Positions 35,595-50,524 of a stretch of 64,000 nucleotides of DNA are shown piece by piece. A program made the position numbers and the translations under genes. The DNA is from Lama glama (taxonomy: Eukaryota), in the NCBI GenBank assembly GCA_028534125.1, contig CM052816.1:52020001-52084000 (forward strand), read 5' to 3'. The notes under the pieces were generated by a model. That model saw only the letters and a list, made by a program, of their open reading frames with translations, was not told the DNA's origin and did no database searches. Positions within the stretch are counted from its first letter, which is position 1, and each line of letters starts with the position of its first letter.

Positions 35595-38500
35595 TTTTTT
35601 AAAATAGGCTTATTGTGGTACAAATGACTTGCAATAAACATGTATTTAAAGAATACAATTTGGTAAGTGTTGACATACTTGTATACCCATGAAACCACAG
35701 CCACAATCAAAATAATGAACATTTCTATCAACCCCAATAGTCTCCTCATTCCCCTTTGAAATCCTTCCCTTCCTGCCTCTCCTTCCCCTCTGCCTCCCTG
35801 CAAACGCTGGTCTACTCTGTCACTGTTAGTCTGCATGTCCTCGAATTTTATATCAATGGACTCCTACAGTATGTAGTCTTTTTGTCTGGCATCTTTCACT
35901 CAGCATAGTGGTGCTGAGATTCATCGATGTTGATGAGCTTATCAACAGTTTGTTGCTCTTCAATTCTGAGTCGTATTCTATTGTATGGGTACACCACATT
36001 TGTTCATCCATTTGCCTGTTGATGGATATGTGGGTTGTCCTTAACCCAGAGACACTAAGATTTTCTCCTGTATTTTCTTTCAGAAGTTTTCTGGTGTTAG
36101 CTCTTATATTTAGGCCCATGATCCAAAGGTATGAATTTCATATTTTTGCATATGGCTATCCAACTGTTCCAACACCATTTGTTGAAGATTATTCTTACCC
36201 TGCAGAATTGCCTTGGCACCCTTATCAGAAATCAATTGGCTATACATGTGTGGGTCTATTCCTGGACTGTATTCTGTTCCTTTGATGTATATCTTTATAC
36301 AAATCTACATTGATATATATCTTTACACCGACTTTGCACTGTCTTGATTATTTTAACTTTCTAAAAAGTCTTAAAATCAATAGTTTAAGATCTTCAACTT
36401 GGTTCTCCTTTTTCAAAATTATTTAGGCTATTTTAGTTAAGTCTTGCAATTCCATACAAATTTTAGATTCAGCTCACAAGTTTCTGCAAAAAAAAAAAAA
36501 ATCTTGCTGGAGTTTAGATTGGGATTGGGTTGAATCTGTAAGTCATTTGGAGAGAACTGACATTTTAACAACATTGAGTCTTCCAATCCATAAGCTTGGT
36601 GTATCTCCCCATTCGTTTATGTCTTCTTTAATTTCTCTCACAGTGTTTTGTAGGTTTCAGTGTACAGGTCTTGCACAACTCTTGTCTAATTTATCTCTAA
36701 GTATTTTGTATATATTTTATGCAATAGTGTCAGCTTGGGCTGCTCTAACAAAATACGAAAATGGGGTGGTTCAGCGACAACAGACATTTCTCACAGTTCT
36801 GGAGGCTTGAAGTCCAAGATCATGGTGCTAACATGGTTGGACCTGATGAGAGTCCTCTTATTGGTTGAAGACAGTGGGCTTCTTGTTGTAGCCTCATAGT
36901 ATAGAGAAAGAGCTTGGTCCCGTCATTGACTTATAAGGGCACCAAGTATATTCATGAGGGCTTCACTCTCGTGGCCTAATTACCTCCCAAAGGCCCCACT
37001 TCCTAATACCATCACATTGGAGATCAGATTTCAATAAATGAATCTGGAATGGGAGGGCACGAACAGTCCATAGCAAAGAACATGTTTTAATTTACTTTCC
37101 GGTTGCTCATTGACAGTACATAGATACAAAATTTATTTTGACATACTGATCTTGAACCCTGCAACCTTACTATATTCACTTATAAGTTCTTATAACCTTT
37201 TCATAGATTTGCTTAAGATTTTCTACATAGTCAATCATATTTTCTGTTAATAAAAAATAGCTTTTATTTCTTGCTTTCATGTCAGTATGTCTTTTATTTC
37301 TGTTTCTTGCCTTTTGTTTTTATTTAGGACCTCTAGAAAATATGTTAAATAGAAGAGGTGAGAGTGTACATCCTTGCTTATTTCTTATTTCAAAAGGAAA
37401 GGATTCAGTCTTTTCACAAAGTGTAATGTTGTCTGTAGGTTTTTCATAGATGTCCTTAATCAGGTTGAAGAAGTTCCCAGCTATTCCTGGTTTTTGAAGA
37501 GTTGGGTGTTTTTTAACTCATGATTGAATATTGAATTTTGATAGATGCTTTTTCTTATGTTCATTTGCTTATTAAATCATTCAAGATGGTGAAGTAATAG
37601 TTTATTTTTCAGTGTTAAATAAACCTTGCGTTCCTAGGATAAACTCTACTTCTTCAGGACGTAGCATCCACTGTTAATCCCATTCAGTGTACTTTTTATC
37701 TCAAACATTGTATTTTTCATCTCTAAAGGTTTGATTTGGGTGTTTTGTCTTCCATTTTCCTCTTCATCGTGCTCATGCTTTCTTTTACCTTTATCAAACA
37801 TATGGGCATATTTATAATCGCTGTTTTAATGTTCTTATCCACTAATTTTGTCATTCGTGTCATTTCTGGGACTACTCATTAACTACATTTTCTCTGTCCT
37901 GTTCGCCACATTTTCCTGACTCTGCCATTTTTGACTAGGTGCCCAACCTTGTGAATTTCACCTTATGTGTTCTGTTGTTGTTCTCATTGTGGTTGGTTGG
38001 TTTGTTTGTTATAATATACTCTTTTAATTATTTTCAACTTTGTTCTGGAACTCAGTTAAGTAACTTGAAAATAGTTTGATCCATAGGAGATTTACTTTTA
38101 AGCTTTTTTAGGGAAGTTTAGAACAGCCTTTCATCTAAGTTCATTTGGCCTACTCAGCTGAGGACTCAACTTCACATTCTTTGTATTAAGAGATGTTTCC
38201 ATTCTGAATACTAGGAAGTGGTGTCAGCTCTGGAGATGTTTCCTCTTGTTTCTTTCTGGAGTTTTGTTTCCTGGCCTTAGTCATTTTCTCACATGCATGA
38301 GCTGATCTGGACTCAGCTAAAGACTAGAGGGGAACCTGCTGCAGATTCAGAGCTCTCTGTGCAGCTGTCTCCTCTCTAGCAACGCGACCTGTGTATTCTA
38401 GCCTCTGGCTTCCCTGAACTCTAAATCTTGTCTCTTCAACTCAGTGAGGACACCAGGTCTTCTTTGGGTTCACCCTTTCAGCGCTGCAGCCTGGCAACTC

Positions 38501-38650
38501 TCTCGGCTGTGACGTTGGGGACGGTGAGCACTTGCAGGGCTCATCACCTTTGCTTCCCTCACTCAAGGATCACAGTCTTTCCCTGCCTATTGTCCTGTGT
38601 CTGGAAACCATTGCTCCATATACTTTGTCCTATCTTGTGGTTAAGGCAAG
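35595..38650 (-). mobile_element. Mosaic of old L1 fragments (3' UTR, ORF2, upstream parts)
   Basis: gtatacccatgaaaccacagccacaatcaa, tatccaactgttccaacaccatttgttgaaga, ggagagaactgacattttaacaacattgagtcttccaatcca, aatagaagaggtgagagtgtacatccttg. Confidence 0.8.
36728..37075 (-). mobile_element. MLT1A-like solo LTR nested in L1
   Basis: ttgggctgctctaacaaaatac, tttctcacagttctggaggcttgaagtccaagatc, taattacctcccaaaggccccacttcctaataccatcacattgg, cagtccatagca. Confidence 0.85.
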
Positions 38651-39531
38651 AAGTAGAAGTTCTGTCTTTGTTCTTGAGAAGTTATTTGGCGGGTGCTCAT
38701 AGATGATGAAGAGCTCATGTTGCTGGGATATCTACAAAGTAAACAACAGCTTTACTTTTCGTAACAGGTGGGAGCTTCAGCTCACACGTAGGAGGGACTG
38801 AAGAGGAGTTGCATCGAGCTCAGCAGAGCCTCGCTATGGTCTGGACCACTGATGTCCTACCTACCTGAGGGGTGTTGTTTAACATGGCAGATCACAGATG
38901 GCTCATATTGGACTATTAAGGACAATGAGAGCCTTAACGTAAGCCCTCACGGTAGGACCTGTGTTTTCTCCTAGCGAGAGGGATTCTTCCTTCCATAAAA
39001 GCATCCCGAGAGGAGGCTGATTCTATGACGGGAAAACTGGAGACGAAAATTTTGTGGTGAAGGGAAGAAGAAATCTCTTCTCTAGCAGGGGACTCTTCAG
39101 TTAGTTTCCATGTAAAAACCTCCATTCTCTGTTTCTCTGAACCTTCAGTTCTCTGTTGTTTTGAGGGGAATAAAAGAAAGGGCCCATTCCATGCTTGAGA
39201 TCTTGAAATGGGTTGGTAAAGTTGAGTGGTGCTTTCCCTTGCCAATCATCGTTCTCACGGCTCCTCTCACACCCTCTTACTACTCTTTTTTCCCCATTTT
39301 TCCTCAATCTGTCTTCTATTGGGTTATTTCACCTGCACCCACAGCTCTGTGCACTTAAGAGACTATCCTCCCCCAGCTATGAACAGCCAATCAGAGAGCT
39401 GCTTTCCTTCTGCATGTCAACCTCCACAGCCAGTCAGAGAGCTGCCTTCCTTCTACGTGGCAGCCTGCTCAACCATAGCACATTGGCTGTGAAATTCAGA
39501 GCCTTGCCTCTCCCCTGAAATCTGGTCTTTA

Positions 39532-39642
39532 TAGGGTGACCACCTTATCCCAGGTTGCCCAGGACTTCCTGGTTTTGGCACTGAAGGTCCTCCATCCTAG
39601 GAAACGCCCCAGTCCCCAACAAACAGGATGAAGATCTCCCTA
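39532..39642. mobile_element. MER81-like hAT-Blackjack MITE
   Basis: tagggtgacc...tctcccta degenerate terminal inverted repeats; ~110 bp. Confidence 0.7.
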
Positions 39643-42354
39643 AACCTCGTGCCAATGCATGACTTCTTTGTTCCTAAGAGCTGTTTTTCAAGGTCATTCA
39701 AGGTTCAAGTCCATCTGAGTACTTAAGGGTGGAAGTGGCAAGTTACCAGATGGCCTAGGACTTACTATACTGGAGCTTATTATCAAATCTTTATGCAGTT
39801 AAATTTCTATAGTTTATTTTAAATGGTGGCATTGCTCAGCAAATGTGTCAGAGTCAAAAACCCACATAGAGTAGCATATGTTTGCCTGAAGCAAATAAAA
39901 TGAGATTTTGTAACTGCTAGTCTTAGTTCTCACGTAGTATGGGAAGATAATTGAAAAATGTGGGTTATTATTATTTGTGCAGGCTTTAGTAAAAATTACT
40001 TTAAAAATACAAAAAGTAACAACATGCATGTACTATATATTTGAAAAAGACATTCACTCATCAACCACCAGCAAAGCATGTGCTCTAAATTGATTTTCCA
40101 GTGCCAGAGATGGACTTTGGTGCTCCATCCATATTCCTTGGGGCCAGGGATAGATCTGGGCCAAGGAATGCTGTGGGGAGTGGGCAGAGTGATGCTCATT
40201 AGTTTACACAAAACCCAGAAGTGGCAGTATGCTCGGACAGCATAGGCCTCTGAAGGACACTAAGAAAGAGAAGTCCCACCATCTGTGAGTCATCACTTTA
40301 AGTTTATCATTCCTGCGTCCCTGTGCATTTATTAAAAATGCATATACTCCCAGTAGGGGTACACATCTTTGTGTGAATGGATTTATCAGCTCACATTCCT
40401 TCCTAACAGGAGAAATAGAGCAGCACAAAAACCATGGATCAAAAGGAGGAAAAACTGGAGGGAGGAAAGAGAAAGAGAGATGGAGTGTGACATTAAATTC
40501 CGGGTGAAATATATAGTTAAAAGAATTGGAGGAAGGGATATGGGAAATTCTTATATTATTCAGGATCCAGGAAGGGAAATCTGAGTATTTTAAATGGAGA
40601 GAACTTAATTCAGGGATAGAAGGTGCCAAAAGGAGTTCAGGGTGGAAACTCAGAGATTAAGAACTGCAGGAAGTCAGTGCAACTTCTGGGCTGTGGAGAC
40701 AAAGGGAGAAAGTGAACTTCAGGGCACCTGAAGTCACCTGGCAGAAGCTGGAATCATCCAGGCTTGTGTGGCAGGAGCTGCACCATGGAACAGCCTCAGT
40801 CATTGCTGCAGCCACGGCAGAGATCGGGAGAGAGGGAGAGAACTGGCTTTATTCTCTCTCCTGCCTTCAAATCACCAATGCCTCTTGTTAGCTGAACTCA
40901 CCCTCAGCCTGGGAGACAGATGCAGAACAGAGGGAGGGCAAGAAGTGAATCTGAGCGCCAGCAGCCGCAAGAACAGCAAACACCTGATAAATATCTACTC
41001 CTCTGCTTCATGACTTAGATAAGGAATGACTCTGGCTCGCCAACGGCATGCTCTCAGTCCTGAAGTACTCGAGCCCAGGACTTCAAAACATACAACCTTG
41101 CAGTCAGCTCTCCCTAACTCCCAATTCTGTTTTCCCAAATTAGAAACAAGTTTATTCTGTAACCAGCCTAATGGTCTCTGTGACCCAGATCATTAAGAGG
41201 TCAATTCAACAAACACTTGTCAACTTCCTACAAGTTATGTGGTGATGGTGGAAACAAATATGAGTAAGATTCAAGAGCATCCAGTAGTTCCCCATTTTAT
41301 ATGAGACAGCAAGCACAACACACTGTTTAAAATGCAAGGCAAGACAAACAGACCAAAATGAGTCTTCCCTGTGGCCACCACAACAGCAAGGTGACTGAGC
41401 TAGATGATTAATAAAAGAAATCCATGACAAATCATAGTTCATAATTTGTGGGTATTTTCCAAGCTGGTGACTTATACTAAGACTGAGGAAAGGAGAGACT
41501 TGCTAAAACTGGTGAGGTGAAATTCTTTAGCACCTGTCCAAGTCAGATTTCCTGATTCAAATCCTATCTCTCACTAGAGAAAGCCCAGGTTTCTTCCCCT
41601 GGCACAGGGGGCCCTCTGTCATCTGGTCTCTATTCGAGATTTGTCTCATCTTCTACCACTTCAAATATTAAACCCCGAGAAATTCAAAATCCAAATTTTA
41701 ATCTCTGGGCCCTTCACATACCAATTTCCAGTAACTCCAAACTTCGGTAGATCTCAGCTTTTACTGTACTCAGCAGTGCTTGGTGAATACGTGACTTTTT
41801 CATGCCTCTAGCTCTTTATTCGATTCCTTCTGTATGAGCAGTCTTCACCTGGCAAGTGTCTGCTTAAGCTGCAAGACCTAGCTTCGTTATTCTTCCTCCA
41901 TGGAGGCTTCACTGAACCCCCAGCTGGATCTCGTCTTCTTTCCATGTGCTCTTGTTGCATTATTTTTCTTTTAGCATTTACTATAGTTTGGGAATTACCT
42001 GTTTACATGTCTGCCTTCAATACTGGACTAAGCTCCTTAAGGCTAGGGACCCCATCTTACTCATTTCTGAGCCTTAGCAGAGGCCCCAGGTGTGGGCATT
42101 ATAAAGGCCCACCTGACCTGAACCTAGCTGCGACCTGCATTAGTGACTGCTACCCCCGACCCCTCTCCACGTCTTTTCCCTGAAAGTAGGAGTATTTCCA
42201 GGAGTGATCTCTAATCTGCTCAAGCCAACCAGCATACTCCATCCCACTCAGAATGACTGATCTAAGCCAGTCTAGCCAGTGCTGCCAGGGAAATGGGTAA
42301 TTGAATTCGATTTCTACTTTGGGGAGGCAAAACTTATAACCAAGGTTTGAAAAA

Positions 42355-42835
42355 CATGCAGGGCATAAGAATGTTGATGCCAGCCTCATTCATGATTGCC
42401 CCAAGCTGGAAACAACAAAAGCACCCTTCACCATCAGAACAGATATACCAATTAAGGTATATTCATACAATGGAATAATATACAGCAATGAAATGAATGA
42501 AATATGGCTATACGAACCTGCAGGGATAATTCTCACAAAATTTCTCATTATGTTGGGGAAAAAAGTCCAATACTAAAGAGTATGCAGTATATTATTCCAT
42601 TTATATAAATTAAAGAGCAGGAAGAACTAATGTATGGTGAGAGAAATCAGAATAGTGGTGACCTTTGGGAAATTACTAACAGGGTGGGTGTATGAGAGAG
42701 TCTTCCAGGGTAACAGCAATTTTCTAAATCATGATGTGGTTGCTGGTCACATTTTTTTTTTCACTTTATAAACATTCAAAGAGCTACGTGGTTTGATGTG
42801 TGTACTTTTCTGGATTGTGTATTATATTTCAACAA
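42355..42835 (+). mobile_element. Old L1ME-like 3' end
   Basis: ccccaagctggaaacaac, tatattcatacaatggaataatatacagcaatgaa, gaaatcagaatagtggtgacctttgggg. Confidence 0.75.
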
Positions 42836-44319
42836 AAACATTTATTTAAAAATATACATTGGGCAGCTATATAAATGATAAATATCAGTAATTGTCCTGT
42901 TGCCATCCTCTGTTAAGTGATTAAGCAAATGAATCATTTTGTTTTTATCCATCTCCTGTTCAAAAGCTTCAGTGGTTCCTTGTAGACTGGAGAATAATAT
43001 CTAAGCTCCTTAAACTGCCCTGCAAGAGTCTTTCCAGTCCAACCTGTGTCCAGCCTGGGCTGCACTCACCTGCCCTAATTCTTGGAGTTGGCCCTGCTCT
43101 CACTCGGAAAACCACACCATCTGGGAAAATGTAAATCTGATCTTTCCTGCAGGGCTGACTAAGCCCTCTCTCTATCCTGAGGCCCCCCACCCTGACCCTA
43201 TATCCCTCAGCCCCCTTAGAACTCCCATTTTAATTAGAATTGGTAAGATGTACTGGACAACCAGCCAGTATGTATTCCACACGACATCTCTTTAAATACT
43301 ACTTTTTTTGGTCAGTAACTCTCATTTCTATTTTATCCTACAGGTCAGATTATGGACTTTGTGAAGAGCAATCATAGCTGATAATAGATCTATTTTCCCT
43401 GCCAGGTGTTATGCAGGGACCAGTCCAGGCAGATATTGCTCGGTAACTTTTAGACACATGGATTCTAAGGGGGAAAAAAAAATCCTCATGTTCAAGGTTC
43501 AAAGTTCAAATTTCAACTCTGCCACTTGCAGGCTGAGTGAATAACTCAAGTGAGTTACTCAGCTGCTCAGGATCCTAGGACCTCCTTTCAAGGCTAGTTA
43601 ATGATCACTTACATCACTTAGCCTGGCAGACTATGACGTGCACCATGCATATTAGCCATAATGAATCTTTTCATTCTTGTTTTTAACTCTAGAGCACTTT
43701 TAAAAGTTCACCAGAAGCCACAGTTCTCAGAACATAAAGAAGATGAGGCACCTGACTTTGGACCTAGGCGAGGAAGAGCTTGGCTAGGAAAGGTTCAAGG
43801 GAGAGGAAAGGTGGCTTGAAAGAATTATAGTCACATCTTTCCTGTGGGCTCCAAGCCATATACTGAACAATATTATAAATCTGACCTTGCCTATCACCTT
43901 TCACAATTTACGTAGGAATTCAGTTGCCCAAATAATAATAGGATTTGTAGGGTTTGGCTTACTTTAGGGTTTACTTTTTTAGGCTTAGCTCTGGCCCATC
44001 CACAGCAGCATGAAAATTAAAACGCTCCTTCAACAGAAGAGAAATGTCACCACTGAAGCCATTTTAAAAAATGATCAGTAGACATAATCCTATTTTTAAC
44101 AGAGACCAGAGCATATGTAATTTGAACTAAAGAAGACAAGCCTGGATGAGACATATCATTAAGGATCTGGGGAGTAAAAAGCAAGCTAGAGACCTCCCCA
44201 ACAATGTTACCCGAGAAAGGCAAAGCCCAATGGAGCCTCCCAACACTCAAAAGACAGCACTTCTGAGGCAGTACTGTTTTATATGAGGTCATGATACTGA
44301 TGCATGATACCAACCTCAG

Positions 44320-44570
44320 ACTCTAAGTCAAACAGAGCAGGGTTCAAATCCTGCCTCTGCCATTCATCAAAAGTAAGACTTTGGGGGAATTCTACAAGCT
44401 GACACTTCAGAACCCAGTGGAAATGGGGCCACCGATTTCCACATCTATGAGTAGGGATGATGATGATAATGACACTGACCTCAGAGGGTTGTTGTAAGGA
44501 TTAATGTGTGTACATTTTTAATACAGTGCTGGGGACATAGTATGTATTCATTAGTGAGCTGTTACTATTC
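44320..44570 (+). mobile_element. MIR SINE
   Basis: gggttcaaatcctgcctctgcca...acctcagagggttgttgtaaggattaa...acagtgctggggacatag. Confidence 0.75.
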
Positions 44571-47302
44571 TATCCACATAATAATTCTACCCTATTAGGA
44601 CCACAGTCCCTGGTCTTAGTCAAAATGCCAAGAAGTCAGCAGAAGTCTCAATTATTTAACAGCTTCCTTCCTTTGATCAATCTTCAGCCATTGTCACCTC
44701 ATTCTTTTATTTTTCACAAAGTTTATAGTAATGGACAATAAAGCATTTCCTATGGAATAGAGTCATTCGGATTTCAGATGCTGGGGACAAGCTCAGCTTC
44801 CTGGGAAGGACCATCTGGCATTGCCCCAGGCTAGACTTTGGAGCCAGGAACAATGCCTGGCATTGGGCACAGGAGTACATTTCATTTTCTCTTGTTGAAT
44901 TCAATAGTCATATTCCGTTCAAATTATAGCTCTGTTCTCCTTTAGTGCTGGAATCAAATGGGAAAATTAGACCTGAAATGCACATTTATTTTATAAAATT
45001 GTGCTGCTCTATAGAGCAGCAATCTCTAGGTCTTGACTAAGTCTATAAATTCTGTGATGTTTCTATTAAGAAGGCAACATGAACCAGAGAGATTAGAAGG
45101 AAACCTTAGAAATCCATATACCCTGGGCTGGTAAGAGAAAATTTCAGAAGACTCAAACCGGAGAGTTTTTACAATGTATTGTATACACATTTTCATTTAC
45201 TTTTATTTGCCTTTATTTGCATGAGTTGTGTGAAGTTAACTTGTCAATGAGTTTATTTATATGACTCTTCCGATGTTATAGTTGCTGATATCTACTGCTG
45301 TGATTATTATTTATGACAAAATTAGTTCCTGTTGGTAAGCTAGCAAGTTTTCACTCACAGAGCACATCAATCTTGTTGTTACTTTAATCTCAAATACAAA
45401 TTGGCAAGCACTGTAATTGTAGAAGAGAACAAGGAAGCTGGATTATAAATTGCCTTTATGGAAGACAAAATATCCATGGCTAATTTAAACTTTTTTTTAA
45501 TAGCATCAGAGGGAAAATGAGAAATCACCCCAACTCTGATGACAATGTCCACTCTGACTTTGATGATGACAGTTTTGGAGTTAAGGAGCTGAACTTCAGC
45601 TCATGATCTGTTGGCTTTATTTCTTGTGCCATTAGTATAGCTTTCATATTACTGTGGGAATAAATTTAAAGGATCATGGGAATTTTAAAATATATTCAAT
45701 TGTCTTAATGGCAAGGAATACTGTTTTTTTTTTAAGAATAAAAATTAATATTGAAATTGCTTTGAAATCAAGTGTGGAAAAAACTAGACTGGTGCAGGGT
45801 CACATGGAGTGGACTTCAGTGCACTTGGAAAGAGTTTTAGCTGCTCGGGATTGGCACAGATGGACAGATGCTACGAAACTGGGAAATACTGGGTTTCCAG
45901 TCATTGAAACTACCTGGGAACTTTACTGCTAATTTTGCTATGGCCATAGTAGCATCATTCCTTGAGCATTTTCCATTCTAAATTGTCAACATTGGTCAAG
46001 AAGAAGAAAAAAAATTTTCATAGTCCTTTATCAAAGGCACTTTTCTGGTTAAGTTTGGACACAGGCCACAGGAAGCTGCTATATCTGGTTCCAGCAGTGG
46101 CACTATTCTGAATTCATCCTAAATAGCTAATGCCCACTGAGGCCTGGACCACTGAATAGTCCCATTAGAGCAACTGGCAGGGTGCTGCTTGAGTAATGGA
46201 ATAAAACATATAATAGTATTTCCTCATATTTTTAGCAGGCTTTTATTTCCAAAAAATATCAAAATATGCCCATATGTTATCTTGTGGAAAAACATTTAGG
46301 AAGTCATTTAGACCATGGTTCTCTAAATATTGGTTTATAAAAAACTTCACTGTTTCTCTATGAAATGAGAAAAGTAAGAACAATGCAGTAAGTTTGTATA
46401 TGACTGCATGTATTAAAATGTAAAGACCTGTCCTTTATTCTGAAAGTTCTGTTCTTCCTATTTTAGGAATTAAAATATCACCTTTATATAAATGATAGTT
46501 ATTGTTGACAATAGGTTTAAAAACTATATATCCTTAGCAAAATAAGAAATTGACAATTCAAGCTGTTCTCTACTTTCCAACCTCTAGTTAAAAACAAAAC
46601 AAAAAAAAACCAATTTGGGATCCACTGATCTGTTCTTTTCACAAGCTACACTGTATTCAAGTAAATTTGGGTGTGCCATCTCTTCCACTGCATTTAAAAA
46701 CCTTGCATGCACAGGAGCCATGTTTCACTCATCTTTGTGCTTTGATTTCCCTGACAGTGCTTAGCACTCTGAATGCAGTAGGTGCCCAATAAGTGTATAT
46801 TGGGTGCTGTGTTGACTATGAAGCAACCTCCATGAATACTGAAAAGATCTCCAGGGGAAATAGAAAGAAGCCTTTATTTTATAGAAATAAACTATTTTCA
46901 AATTTGGTAATAACAGTGAAATAGAGTAAAAAGAGATGTGGAGTGACAGGCTTGGGTGGGTTCTTGGCTCTGTCACTTTCCCATGAATCTCTTAAGTTTT
47001 GGTAGCTTAGTGTCCTCACCCAAAGCTGTAGAATATGTGCTTTGCTTCTCTGTGGAGCTGGTCATGAGATCAGATGTGGGTAGTGGACCACTCTGTCTAC
47101 CTAGAACTCTATTTTGACCCACCCCAGGCTCCTCTCTGGGTCCCATCACATGATTCTAGGGCAGCTAATCATAGTGTTCCCCGCTCTGAGCTGAAAGGCT
47201 GGATCACAGAAATGGGGTGTGAGGCCAGTAGCCACTCTCCTCTGTATAGAAGATGCCACTCTGTCACTGGAGCCTGAGGGAGTAATTCAAGCAGAGATAA
47301 AA

Positions 47303-47510
47303 CTAATGGGTAACATTTATTAAGTCCTCCTCACGCACCAGGCACTATCCTCAGCAGTTTTACACAAGAACCCCGGGAGGCACGTGTTGTTATCATCACC
47401 CTCATTTGTCGGAGGGTAAAGCTGAGGCACAGTTAGTCAGAGGAAGAGCTCAGAGTGAACCCTGGCAGCTGGAGAGGAGTCCACAGTCTCAGCCGCTGCG
47501 TCATACCTGC
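47303..47510 (-). mobile_element. MIR SINE
   Basis: aacatttattaagtcctcctcacgcaccaggcact...gagggtaaagctgaggcacag. Confidence 0.7.
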
Positions 47511-50000
47511 CTTCCAAGGTGGAGGGACAGGAGGCAGAGTAAGTCCGAACAAAGCCTCCCGAGGTCCACTCTCTTCCTTCTCAGTTACTTGAGCCAATGG
47601 ATCCCCCTTTTTTCATGCAAGTTGTTATTCTCAGGTCAGCACTCAGGATCACAGAGGGTCTTAAGTGCAAAAGCTCCATCCTCTCAGGAAGATGAGGAAA
47701 CTGAGGTCCTATAACTTTTACACAAACAAAGCCACATGCTCTAACATCTCTGCCACCTCACACCCCACTGCTTCCTCTCACAAAGTTTCTGACATCTTTA
47801 CCCAGACACTCCCTGACCCTCCTGTTCTCATGCCATTGGTTGCCACTGGCTGTTTAAATACTACGATCAGTCCAGTTCCATCCCCTCAGTGCAGGCTTTG
47901 CCGATCCCCCCAGCCCACAGTTCTCTTCCCTCTGGATCACCAGAGCAATGTAACTGTATTCACAGGCTGCCTACTGGGATCTGTAGTGTTAATATTTACA
48001 CTCTGGCCTCTATTTAATTCATGTACCTGATCCCTAGCCCATCTTGACTAAGTTCCTCGAAGGGTGGGACATTCTCCTGGTCCTTTGTAGTTCTCTAAGC
48101 AGCTAGCACCAGTACCTTACATACAATTAATGTGTGTGGGTTGACCCTTTGTTGTTATTCATCTTCCTCTCACAAGTGCCTGTCACCTCTTTCCAAGAAG
48201 GTCAATAGCCTCCTCATCGTCTCGTGGAATGGTCCAAGCACTCTGCCCAGGCCAGTTCTAGTTCCGGGTCTGGTGATGCTCAGACCCTCCAGCCTCAGAC
48301 AGGAGTTGGAAAACTCAGACGCTCGGCAGCCATGTAACAGACAAATACCACTTGGAAACTTGATGTCCCCTCTATGCAAACTGGACCAAAGCACAACCTA
48401 CATATATCACCATAAATCTTTGCTGAATGAATACTCCAATATAATTAAAGTTCCATCTTAACTTCTTTTCTTTACAACACAGTTGTCAAGAACCTCTGAA
48501 GAAAAAAGATGCCTAGGAAACCTAAAGGGTGTGACCATTTGGAAACATTAAATATAGGAAGAAATAGTGTCCAGAATTCAAAGTGTTGGATGAAACTCTA
48601 TTAGGTAATATAAGTAAATGAAACTCTATACTGTCACATAAGTAAGTGAACAAAACATTTGGTCCTTCCCAGTCAGAATAAAATAGCTCCATTTTTTTTA
48701 GTATCTTCTATATATGTTACTACTACTGAGGGCTGTAAACCTCATAACAAAGTAACAATTGTTCTATTTTGCAGACTAGGAAGCTGACACCTTTAAAGGT
48801 TGGGTGACTAGCCCAGATTAACACAAGTCGGGAGTGAGAGAGCATATGGTCATTTAGCAAGGACTTGAAACAGTATTTCATATCCGTTCATATTCATTTT
48901 TAAAAGCATAGCAATTAAATCATACCCTCAGTAGTATGTGTCTGTATCCTCCACTATAACTCACATGAATTGTCTTCATGCAGATCACAGCAAAGATTCT
49001 TCCACTGATCCAAGTTTCAATTATTCTAAAATGGAAAAACATCTCGATTTTTCTAATTATAAATGTACATGTTCAGTGTATTTTGCTATAATTTTAAAAA
49101 ATTACCAAAAATGTCAATTCATTATAAAAACAAACAAAAGTAGATAGTATCACAAAGATAATGCACAGAATAAAAATCACTAGTAATCCTCTCCTATCTA
49201 GGAATAACTGATACATAAAAAGGGTTCTTTAACAAATTTAAATTCCTCTGCATTGTTACAGTTCTACAGTGACCCCTCACAAGTGTTAATCATGAATGGC
49301 CCGCTTTTCTTTTAGCCAGTTTGTTGCTATTTTTTTTAAATTTTAGCTTCATTGATCTTTGAGAGGAAGGAAGAATTAAAGTCAAAGTATTGGCAAATTC
49401 ACACAAATCCATTGTAATCTTCAGTCTACTGTATCTAAACTGACAAGTTTCTCCCTATGTACCCAGAAGACTTACTGTTCAAAACAATATCATTGTGTTG
49501 ATCAAATAAGTGAAAGAAACAGGACACTTTAGGGCAAGGAGGATAACTGTACATATCAGTGCAAGGTGGAAAAATGCTGTCCTTCTAAACTCAGTGAAGT
49601 CATTCTGTTCTCCGTACAAAAAAAAGTTTTCATTTTTTTATAGAGACAACTGATTGCTGTTGAATATTAAGGGTCTAAGAAGCAAACAAAAAGTCAAGTA
49701 TATGTGCTTTCTACTTATACCTATAATCTGACTATACCTATAATCCAACCAGTTTATTACTTACATGAAAAGGGGGCACCTTCTACCTCTCACAACATAT
49801 GGTACTAAGGAATTGCTGCATAATGTTAATGTAGACTTCCTCTTTATAATTTAACAGGATGTGATCATCTAAGCATTGGGAGAAAAAATACACCAGAACT
49901 ATTAAAGAAATGGAAAGAGCCTTTAGAATTTGAGTTAATTTTGCCCGGATTGAGAAGGTTAAGAGGTGACCAGAACCGCCTTTGAGATTTAAAGGAGAAC

Positions 50001-50336
50001 TGTTAAAAATAAACTGAAGTATATTTAAATTTTTTTAAGTTTATTTGAGCAAAACATTATTTTAATTGGCAGGGCCAAACTGGAAGTGGTTAAGAATGCT
50101 CCACCAACAGGAGGCAGGGGAAAGGCTTTTATAGAGAAGAAGGGGAAGCAAAGCAAGGGAATTATTTGCTCGGTTATAGCTTAAGTGTTTGCCTTATTTG
50201 GGAAATCCTAGTTGGGGGAGTGTGATTGGCTCTCCTTAGGTTTCAGTTTGTTAATCTTGAGGCATTTACATGCTTACGTTTTGGTTTGCTTATGTAGGCT
50301 GCTTATTAATGGTCTCCTTGCATAATTACTTTAACA
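50001..50336 (-). mobile_element. Short ERV solo LTR
   Basis: Inverted termini TGTTAAA...TTTAACA; on the minus strand CCAAT boxes, TATAAAA and AATAAA appear in LTR order; TSD not clean. Confidence 0.65.
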
Positions 50337-50524
50337 TTACTTTGGGGGACTGTGGTAACTCTACTGTATTTACCAATCACAAACCATTGTTGTTTAAATG
50401 TGATTTATAGTATCTCTAAACTTGAATATGTAACTGAAAAAGGAATATAATCTCACTAAGCCAATAATAGACATATCTGATTCAATGGTTCCTATCAAAA
50501 TGATTCAGTTTATTTTAGTTTAAG

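Noticed and set aside
48589..48650. Two-copy ~28-bp imperfect tandem duplication (also a ~20-bp one at 23917-23950)
   Set aside because: Only two copies and consistent with simple slippage; not an array, and no CRISPR-like structure in this eukaryotic DNA.
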